64,000 nucleotides of DNA from Kocuria sp. (lineage in GTDB: Bacteria; Actinomycetota; Actinomycetes; Actinomycetales; Micrococcaceae), in NCBI RefSeq assembly GCF_030538595.1, contig NZ_JAUNTS010000003.1, forward strand, positions 134,171 through 198,170. Direction: 5' to 3'. Of this stretch, positions 10,197-17,907 are shown piece after piece. The notes below the pieces were generated by a model. The model was not told where the DNA came from, made no database searches, and saw only the letters and a program-made list of their open reading frames with translations. The translations under genes were made by a program, and so were the position numbers. Numbering within the stretch: position 1 is the first letter of the stretch; the number at the start of each line of letters is the position of its first letter.

Positions 10197-11225
10197 TCAG
10201 GAGCTCAGGAGTGGGGAAATGGCCAGTGCCAGAGTTCCTGCCAGCACAGCACCCACCGGCGCGGTCAAAATCCAGCACATGAGGACCTTGCCGACCACGC
10301 GGTGATTGGTGGAACGGTATTTCTGATTGGTACCGGCTCCCATGACCGCAGCGGCGGTGGTCTGCGACGTCGAAAGGCTGACTCCGCTGGTGATCCCGCC
10401 GGTGAAGAGCAACAATCCGGAGACACCCTGAGCAATCCCGCCACGTAAGGCATCCGTGCTGACCATCTTGGAGGAAATGGTGTGGGCAATGCGCCATGCC
10501 CCAAAGAGGCTGCCCATGCCAAAGGCCAGGGCGGTCACCACCACGGCCCACACCAGCACCTGATCCGCGGAGCCTACGGTGAAGCCTCCAATGGCCGGGA
10601 TGGTGATGAGCAGCAGCAGCACCCGCTGTCCGTGGAACAGGCCGTGACCCACATTGGTTCCCGTGGAGCCGACCACCATGGCCACACGAGCCAGTAGTCG
10701 TACCTGATTGGCCTCCACGTGACGCAGCCCGCGGACGGCGGGAATCACCAAGAGCCAGGCAATTCCAAAGGCCAGCACTGGACCCACTATCACCGGCACC
10801 ACCAGGTGCCAGAAGGTGCCCATTTCCAGGGGCAGTTGCGCTGTGAGACCCACCCACCCCAGGGCCACGGAGGCTCCCAACACGGCTCCCATGAAGGCTG
10901 AGGTTGAGGAGGAAGGCAGGCCCCACCACCAAGTCAGCAGGTCCCATCCGATGGTGGTCAGCAAAGCGCAGATGATGACGCCCAGTGCCGGAGCAGGGTC
11001 GATCAGGTCCAGCACAAAAAGATCGAGCTGCGCCATGGGCAGCATGATCGCGGCGGCCACCACCCCCAGTATGTTCAGCCCGGCAGCAAACAGTAAGGCT
11101 GCTCGCGGCGTCAGCGCACGGTGACGGACCGGGATGGCTGTTGCGTTGGGCACGTCATGAAAGGAGTTCACCAGGGCATAACCCACGGTGAGGATCAAAG
11201 CCAGGACAACCAGGACCAGGGTCAC
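10197..11225 (-). CDS. pit: Inorganic phosphate transporter, PiT family
   Basis: 342 aa polytopic membrane protein with an N-terminal NSFHDVPNATA-type Pit motif; immediately downstream of the DUF47 gene. Confidence 0.85.
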   Translation of the reverse strand: MTLVLVVLALILTVGYALVNSFHDVPNATAIPVRHRALTPRAALLFAAGLNILGVVAAAIMLPMAQLDLFVLDLIDPAPALGVIICALLTTIGWDLLTWWWGLPSSSTSAFMGAVLGASVALGWVGLTAQLPLEMGTFWHLVVPVIVGPVLAFGIAWLLVIPAVRGLRHVEANQVRLLARVAMVVGSTGTNVGHGLFHGQRVLLLLITIPAIGGFTVGSADQVLVWAVVVTALAFGMGSLFGAWRIAHTISSKMVSTDALRGGIAQGVSGLLLFTGGITSGVSLSTSQTTAAAVMGAGTNQKYRSTNHRVVGKVLMCWILTAPVGAVLAGTLALAISPLLSS

Positions 11226-11228
11226 GGA

Positions 11229-11846
11229 TCAGGTCTCCGCCACCACAATGCGGCCAACTTCAGTGGCCAGCTGGCTCAGCGCTCGCGTGCAGTTGTGTAA
11301 GTGTTCCACCAGAATGGTGCGTTTGAGTGCCACAGCAGGTTTGTACTTGTCCAGCAGGTCCAGGCGGTGCAGTTCAAAGGTGCGGTCAGCCTGTTTCCGC
11401 AGGCGGTACATGTCGAACCAGTACTCGTCCAAGCCCTCCAGATCGGAGAGATTGTGCATTGCCCGCACGCTCAAGTTGGCCATTCTTCCAATGGTGTTGA
11501 GCTGTTCGGTGGTGTGTTTGGACTGCCTGCGCATGGCCGGTTCAGCCATGGCCTCCGCGGCCAACAGGAGTGATTCGCAGGCTCGGGCCAGCCACCCGCT
11601 GAGGATGTAGACGTCCGAGCGGGGGAGCGGCAGCACGTAGGAGGACCGTGACGTGGTCATCGCGGAGAAATAGAGGTCGGCCGTGCGCGCATCCAGGCTG
11701 CGAGCTTCTTCAAGGGACTGCGCCACGTGGTCGTCGTCGCTGCCAAGCAGCTCTGAGCAGCACCGTGCGGATTCGTTGACTTGCCCGGCCATCTCCGCAA
11801 GAAGATCAAGGATGCGATCATCCTCCGGGAAGATCCGCAGCGGCAT
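11229..11846 (-). CDS. DUF47 (Pit accessory / PhoU-like) protein
   Basis: Start taken at MPLRIFPEDD (ATG 11846, with upstream AAGGTGAAAG). Canonical DUF47-Pit pairing. Confidence 0.75.
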   Translation of the reverse strand: MPLRIFPEDDRILDLLAEMAGQVNESARCCSELLGSDDDHVAQSLEEARSLDARTADLYFSAMTTSRSSYVLPLPRSDVYILSGWLARACESLLLAAEAMAEPAMRRQSKHTTEQLNTIGRMANLSVRAMHNLSDLEGLDEYWFDMYRLRKQADRTFELHRLDLLDKYKPAVALKRTILVEHLHNCTRALSQLATEVGRIVVAET

Positions 11847-12265
11847 GGGGTCTTTCACCTTCACTTCTCGGGCGCGGTCAGGCGTGCGCAGTGGCACTGA
11901 ACGGCCAGGGAAACCGCGTTGATTTCGCTGGCAAGGGCACCTTACCGGGTGAAAGTGAACTGGCTGACCGGTTCCTGAGAAGAGGGTCATCATGCCAGGT
12001 CACGGAAGGTTTGGTCGATGAGCCGAAGAATTGGGGTGCCGGACCGGGAGCGCCTCTCGGCGTAAGGCCGCTCGAGGCGGCTAAATGATGGAGCCCGGGG
12101 CTACCTGCGGCCCGACACCTGAATACATCCTACGAGCTCTCACCCCTCCTCGGTCAAACGCCTCCCTCCCATGATCACGCTGAGTGAACGCGGGTTCGGT
12201 GTGGTGCTGCTCACCGCCAACGACGACGACGCCGCTCCCGTCTCGCTCAGTCCAACCGACTCCGC

Positions 12266-12877
12266 TCAGTCCAATGCTCCGGCTCGCCACGCCCTGGCTG
12301 CAGCCTCCAGGTCATCCGCGGTGCGTTCGAGCTTGCGGGCTCCGCGAACAGCGTCAAGGCCCTCGTGATCCTCCAGGCGAATGCGTCCCAGGGCGGTCAC
12401 TCGGCAGAAGGCAGCAAAGCGTTCCAGGGCAACATCGAACTCACCGGTCCAAGCCCCGTTGAGCACGGTGTTGGCCATGGTGCGGATTTCTTCCGGGCCT
12501 GGCGGATCGGCGACGCCGGCCACCACGTCTGCCACCTGCGCCGTCGGACGTCCGGCAGTGAACCAGCGGCTGAGTCGAACGGGGTCCGCCTGAATGGATG
12601 AGCGCAAGGCGTAGAGCCTCCACAGGGCACCGGGCAGGCTGACCGGGGGAGCGTCCGACCACAGGGCTGCCAATCCATCCAAGCCTTCGGTGTCCGTGAA
12701 TTCCACCAGGCGTTGGCGGATTTCAGGGTCCTCCACGGATCGTCCCCTGTGGAGCACCGCCGCTGCCGTCACATGAGCAGCCTCGGTCAGGACGGCAGGA
12801 TCCATCCCGCCCTCTCGCTGGTCAAAGACCTCTGCGGGACGCTTGACGGGTTTGTGGAACTCTCGATTGTCACCCAT
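12266..12877 (-). CDS. Hypothetical protein (conserved-actinobacterial-like, no recognisable domain)
   Basis: Start taken at MGDNREFHK (ATG 12877). The ORF extends to 12955, but those codons are probably not translated. Confidence 0.45.
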   Translation of the reverse strand: MGDNREFHKPVKRPAEVFDQREGGMDPAVLTEAAHVTAAAVLHRGRSVEDPEIRQRLVEFTDTEGLDGLAALWSDAPPVSLPGALWRLYALRSSIQADPVRLSRWFTAGRPTAQVADVVAGVADPPGPEEIRTMANTVLNGAWTGEFDVALERFAAFCRVTALGRIRLEDHEGLDAVRGARKLERTADDLEAAARAWRAGALD

Positions 12878-13022
12878 GTTTCCAGCGTACGCCGGGTCCC
12901 AGGTGAGCCGTCGTCGCACATTTGTCGCTGAGGCTCCTTGCATGGCTGACCACATGTAAGACTTTCGCAGATCGACTTGACGGCGTGAGCCTTACAGCGG
13001 GCGGTCTCGATGAAGCAGGTGA

Positions 13023-13328
13023 TCAGCGGTGGCGAGGGTAAAGCTCCGCTGCGAACAGAGCTGTTGTTGCTATGAGGGCAGAAACATTCCTGCGCAACCG
13101 GGCGTTGTCTGCTTTGAGATTCTTAATCTCCTCATGTTCAGCCAAGGCTGCTCTCGGCTGAACCTCAGCATTGATGCTGGCCTCCGCGGCCCATCGGCGC
13201 AAGGTCTCTGCACTGATGCCCTCTTGGCGACTCACTGCCTTGTACGCAGCGGTAAATGACGGGTGCTGACCAAGCTGTTCACACAGCAGCCGTAACGTGC
13301 GCGCTTTGATTGCAGGATTGATGGTCAA
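13023..13328 (-). mobile_element. IS3-family transposase OrfA-like (HTH_Tnp_1) remnant; no OrfB/DDE partner
   Basis: 101-aa product ...GISAETLRRWAAE...LKADNARLRR has a helix-turn-helix and leucine-zipper pattern. No catalytic ORF follows before the next gene. Confidence 0.55.
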
Positions 13329-13595
13329 GCGTTCCCTGCGCTTGCGGGGCTCTGTTGGCGTCGCTGTCCCTTTTCCCGGCTGTGCAGTGCGGTGACGGTC
13401 GCCTCCGACTTGGAGCTAGCGGCCGAGGTGCGAATCTGAATCCGGGGCTTGTTCTCGTGTTTAGCTGTCGGAGTGGTGCTCAGGTGACATGCGGCAATGT
13501 TTGCGGGTCATGATTGTCTGACTCATGACAAGGGCTGGGCACGGTGGTTTGGTGTCCATCTATGCAGATGGCGTGCCCCAAGGCATGGGCGAGAT

Positions 13596-14241
13596 CTACC
13601 GTAAAATTTTTTGTGACCATTCCAAGAGGCGCCCTTGAACCTGCGTCCACTGCTGGACGCTGGCCCCGTATATTTTTACTTCCTCGGGCTCGATGCGCAT
13701 CACGCGCTGAAGTTGTTGGGCAAACAGTGTGCGGTCAAACCCGGGGTCACGTTCCTCGGACAGGCACAGCAGTTGCTCATCTGAGAACCGGCCAGAGGAA
13801 CGGATGACATCGACGTCGAGAAAATCACGAGCAGCCCCACGACCGTAGAGCGCTGAGATCTTGTTGGACACCGCGTCCTCGAGATCCAGGACGGGCCCTA
13901 CCTCCTAGATGCGTAGGTTCTTTGGCCCGCCAATCAACCGCAAGATCAACTTCAATCCACAGGCCATCGCTGGAGCCCACAAGGAACCGCACGTACATCG
14001 GGGCTCTGAATCGCATGACAACGTCGAACCCAGCTGAGCGCCAGGCGGACTCCACCTGAGCAGCAGCTTCATCGAACGCGGGGGCGTCGAGGTTAGGGGT
14101 GAATAGGTCGACGTCTTGGGTCGGTCGATCAATCACCCCGTGCTCACGCATGGCCCCCGAACCGGCCAAAGCAAAACCTGACTCGCCGACCGCTTTGAGT
14201 GCAATCTGGGCAACTGCGTGCTGTCGATCCCGCAATTCCAC
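13596..14241 (-). pseudogene. AbiEii/AbiGii-family nucleotidyltransferase toxin (DUF1814), frameshifted
   Basis: Two overlapping reading frames (13825..14319 and 13596..13871) together encode ...ALAGSGAMREHGVIDRPTQDVDLF...WIEVDLAVD... plus a C-terminal segment. The frameshift lies at about 13825-13871. Putative GTG start at 14241 sits 2 nt after the upstream ORF's stop. Confidence 0.55.
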
Positions 14242-14243
14242 GC

Positions 14244-14597
14244 TCAGCCTGCTTTCAGCTCCGGGAAACGCTGTTCCCAGAGCGTCTGAGCTCGTCGCGG
14301 TAGGACAAGCGTTGGCCATACCTGAACCAGGCGCTGCAGGTTCACCATCTTGCAGACTTCATCCAGGGCTCCCTCGGAGAGCACTGCCGTGTACACCTGC
14401 TTGGCTCCGATATGTGTACCAACGTCGAAGCTTCGTTCCCCCGGGGCCCAATAGACCCACAGTGGCAATGTGATGATCCCGGAGCTGGGTCCCTGCAGGG
14501 CCGCCAACGATCCAGGGACGGCGTAGGGTTTGACATCCCCAAAGTACGTACGCCGCTGTGCCATTGTGAATCCTCCGCCTTGTCTCAGGCCCATCAT
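14244..14597 (-). CDS. Putative cognate antitoxin (AbiEi-like or DUF6088-like small partner)
   Basis: 117-aa ORF immediately upstream of, and co-oriented with, the nucleotidyltransferase. Identity is inferred from position only. Confidence 0.35.
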   Translation of the reverse strand: MMGLRQGGGFTMAQRRTYFGDVKPYAVPGSLAALQGPSSGIITLPLWVYWAPGERSFDVGTHIGAKQVYTAVLSEGALDEVCKMVNLQRLVQVWPTLVLPRRAQTLWEQRFPELKAG

Positions 14598-14741
14598 AGG
14601 CAGCCCGGCCAGCGCATGGCTTCACTGCGTTTCAGGTGGTGCGGAGCTAATACGGGAGGCGGCCCTGAATCCCACCGCACAAAGGCCTATTGGAAACTGG
14701 GGAAGGCTGCCCCCAGGATGCATCGGGCTTCAGAGAAGAGG

Positions 14742-14814
14742 TGGGCCCTGCGGGGCTCGAACCCGCGACCCATGGATTAAAAGTCCACTGCTCTACCAAC
14801 TGAGCTAAAGGCCC
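14742..14814 (-). tRNA. tRNA-Lys (anticodon TTT)
   Basis: Manual cloverleaf on the minus strand: acceptor GGGCCTT/AGGGCCC, D-arm AGCTCAGTTGGTAGAGC, anticodon stem GTGGA/TCCAT, loop CTTTTAA, T-arm GCGGGTTCGAGCCCGC; 73 nt. Confidence 0.85.
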
Positions 14815-14913
14815 CCAGCCGTCCATGGCTGCTTGGAAGCAGTCCATTGACGACGGCGACCATCCTAGCCCAGCTTCGCTGTTTGATACGAACCGGCGAG
14901 TACCGTCGGTCTC

Positions 14914-15744
14914 GTGTTCACCCCACTTGCCTCCGTAGCCCCAACAACGGGCGCACCCCTGGCCATCCCGACGTCGAACATTCTCATTGCTGGACACACA
15001 CCGTTGGAGCTCATGTGGTTCATTGCGGGGCTGGCGGTGATCACGGCCCTTGCCGTCGCCATTCAGTACAGCCACGGCATGCGTCTGGGAGTTCAGATCT
15101 GCACCGGGATCTTGCGAGCGGCCCTGCAGCTGAGCATCATCGCCGTCCTGCTGCGCGGAATTTTGAGCATGCCGTGGACCGTGGTGTTCTTCATCGCGCT
15201 GATGCTCACCACGGCATCCTTGACCTCGATCAGCCGCCTCAGAGGTATGCCGTACGCCAGAAAAGCAGTGTTGATCGGTGTTCTGACTGGAGGTGTCACA
15301 GGGACTTCAGCGGTCTTTGCCTTGCACCTGGTGAGCTGGAACGCTCAGAACCTGATCGCCGTCGCCGGCATTCTGATCGGTAACGCCATGACCGCAGCCA
15401 CTCTGTCCGGCAGAGCTTTCAGGGAGGCTGCCGTTGCCCACAGGGCAGAGGTGGAAGCGTGGTTTTCCCTTGGCGCGGTTCCCGGAGTCGCTTACCGGGA
15501 CATTGCGCAACGGGCTGCGCGCAACGCCGTCGTACCCAGCGTGGATCAGACCAGGGCCACGGGCCTGGTCACTCTGCCGGGTGCTTTTGTGGGGGCGCTG
15601 TTCGGCGGCGCTTCCCCGGTTGAGGCCGCCATGTTCCAATTGGTGGTGTTGGCGGGAATCCTGCTGGTGCAGGCAGTCTGCACTGTCACAGTCACTCGGA
15701 CACTGGCCCGCAATCCGCAGCTGATTGACGACGTCGGACACTGA
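14914..15744 (+). CDS. ABC transporter permease, FetB/YbbM (UPF0014) family
   Basis: GTG start; multi-TM product ending ...TRTLARNPQLIDDVGH. The true start may be downstream, e.g. at MWFIAGL. Confidence 0.6.
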   Translation: MFTPLASVAPTTGAPLAIPTSNILIAGHTPLELMWFIAGLAVITALAVAIQYSHGMRLGVQICTGILRAALQLSIIAVLLRGILSMPWTVVFFIALMLTTASLTSISRLRGMPYARKAVLIGVLTGGVTGTSAVFALHLVSWNAQNLIAVAGILIGNAMTAATLSGRAFREAAVAHRAEVEAWFSLGAVPGVAYRDIAQRAARNAVVPSVDQTRATGLVTLPGAFVGALFGGASPVEAAMFQLVVLAGILLVQAVCTVTVTRTLARNPQLIDDVGH

Positions 15745-15803
15745 CTCACCCCAGCTTCCTCCCAACCCCATAAGGCAGTACACGGCAGAACCAGGAGACC
15801 ACG

Positions 15804-17774
15804 ATGCCCGAACTCCACAGATCTCATCCAGGTTCCTCCAGCGCCGAAAACATGTTCGGCCCTTCACCCATCACCAAAGCCTTGCAAGCTGTGCATGATG
15901 ACCTCAAAGATCTGAATGACGGTCAGCCTCTCCAATCCATTCCGGCGCTTGCTGCCATGGACCCTCATTTGTTCGGCATTGTGATCGCCACCGCCGACGG
16001 CCACGTTTACGAGGCCGGTGACACGCGCACCCAGTTCTCGATCCAGTCCATCTCCAAGGCGTTCACCTACGGCTTGGCGATTGAGGACAATGGTCTCGAT
16101 TACGTGGACACCAAGATCGACGTCGAGCCTTCCGGTGATGCTTTCAACGAAATTTCGCTCAATCCGGTAACTCACCTCCCCGCAAACCCCATGATCAACG
16201 CGGGAGCCATTACCTCCACCTGGTTGGTTAATGACCGTTCCAAGGAACATGATTCTGCTGGTCGCCGCGAACGTATCCGGGAGCTCTACTCGCGTTGTGC
16301 AGGTCGGGAGCTGAACATCAGCCAGGAGGTGCTGGAGCAGGAGAGCGAGCACGGCAACCGCAACCGTGCCCTGGGCTGGATGCTGCGTTCAGTGGGTGTG
16401 ATCGAGGAGGACCCAACCCAGGCGTTGGAGGACTACTTTGCCCAGTGTTCCGTTATGGTGGATGCCCGCGACCTGGCGCTGATGGCCGCAACGCTGGCCG
16501 CCGGTGGCCTCAACCCCCGCACCCAAGACCGGGTTTTCGCCCCGGAAACGGTGGAGCGCGTGCTGTCCGTGATGAATTCCTGTGGCATGTATGACGACGC
16601 CGGAGCTTGGTTTGTGCGTGTAGGTCTCCCCGCAAAATCGGGCGTGGGCGGTGGGATCATCGCCGTCGTTCCGGGGCAGTTGGCCATTGCCACTTTCTCT
16701 CCTCCGTTGGATGAGCACGGCAACAGCGTGCGTGGAATCGAAGCCTGCCGCAGAATCTCCCAGAACATGGACTTGCATTTTGCCCGCGGCCCCCTGCCAT
16801 CGCGGGGCGCCATCCGGTCAATCAGCTCGCTGGCCCAGTCGCCGTCGTTGATGCGCCGTGATGAGGCATCCCGTGCGGTGCTGGCCCGGGCGTGTAACAA
16901 CGTGGCAGTGATCGAGGTTCAAGGGGACCTGCTGTTCCCCGGTGCGGAGGAAACCGTGCGGACTCTGCGCCGGGTGGCGGAGACTGCCTCCGCGGTGGTC
17001 ATCGACTTCTCGGCGGTCAACCAGATCGGCTCGTTCGTGCCGAACATGGTGGACAACGCCGTTGTGGACATCAAAGCCCGTGGCACGGACGTGGTTGCGG
17101 TGGCCGCGGACACCTACGTGGGTGACGCCTCGGACGTCCGCGTGTTCACCACCAGGGATGAGGCTCTGGTGTACGTCGAAGACCAGATCTTGGCTTCCCC
17201 ACAGGCATGTGATGCCGTGCCTGAGACGCCACTGGGGACCACCCCGAGCGAGTCTCAGATCCTTGCCAACAGTGATCTCCTACGCCGTACCGGCCTGGAT
17301 TACGGGCGGCGGATCTGGAAGTACTCGCGGGAGATTGACCTTGCCGAGGGTGTGGCTCTCCCCGCTGAATTGGCGCGTCCCGGTTCTCTCTACATGGTGG
17401 TTCGCGGTACCGCGCACATCATGGCCACTGCACCCGATGGCACCAGACGCTCCATTCGAGGCCTACGCCCGGGCACCGTGTTTGGTGACCCACGAGATCC
17501 CGGGGGAGACGGGGCATCTGTTTTGGCTGAAATCACTGGCCAGCGCCAGATGCAGCTTGTTGCCGCCTCTGATGTTGTGCTTCACGTCCTGGACAACCAA
17601 GCCTTTGCACGATTGGAAAACGAAGACCCACGGGCTGCCCTGGCGCTGTGGAAAGCACTGGCCTGGGTTGAGGCCGACGACGTCCTGGCCTCCCTGTACG
17701 AGGCGATCGGGTGGGAACCGGGTGACCATTGGGATGAACTCACCGATAACGCACTGGCCGAGGACGGTCTTTGA
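15804..17774 (+). CDS. glsA: Glutaminase fused to STAS (anti-sigma antagonist-like) and cyclic-nucleotide-binding domains
   Basis: N-terminal glutaminase signature (SIQSISK, serine beta-lactamase-like fold), a central STAS-like segment (VAVIEVQGDLLFPGAE) and a C-terminal cNMP-binding-like region; 656 aa. Confidence 0.8.
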   Translation: MPELHRSHPGSSSAENMFGPSPITKALQAVHDDLKDLNDGQPLQSIPALAAMDPHLFGIVIATADGHVYEAGDTRTQFSIQSISKAFTYGLAIEDNGLDYVDTKIDVEPSGDAFNEISLNPVTHLPANPMINAGAITSTWLVNDRSKEHDSAGRRERIRELYSRCAGRELNISQEVLEQESEHGNRNRALGWMLRSVGVIEEDPTQALEDYFAQCSVMVDARDLALMAATLAAGGLNPRTQDRVFAPETVERVLSVMNSCGMYDDAGAWFVRVGLPAKSGVGGGIIAVVPGQLAIATFSPPLDEHGNSVRGIEACRRISQNMDLHFARGPLPSRGAIRSISSLAQSPSLMRRDEASRAVLARACNNVAVIEVQGDLLFPGAEETVRTLRRVAETASAVVIDFSAVNQIGSFVPNMVDNAVVDIKARGTDVVAVAADTYVGDASDVRVFTTRDEALVYVEDQILASPQACDAVPETPLGTTPSESQILANSDLLRRTGLDYGRRIWKYSREIDLAEGVALPAELARPGSLYMVVRGTAHIMATAPDGTRRSIRGLRPGTVFGDPRDPGGDGASVLAEITGQRQMQLVAASDVVLHVLDNQAFARLENEDPRAALALWKALAWVEADDVLASLYEAIGWEPGDHWDELTDNALAEDGL

Positions 17775-17907
17775 GGAGGCTGCTGTCAGTTCACTGAGGT
17801 GAGCGGCACTTTTCTCGCGTCGTTTGCGGTGGGAATCCAACACTCGGACTGAGCTGACGCTACAGTAACTTACGTCACCATCCCGACCCACGTGTAAAGG
17901 GAAAATC

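Noticed and set aside
15307-16900. Several 90-190-aa minus-strand ORFs
   Set aside because: They are antisense to the FetB-like permease and the glutaminase gene.
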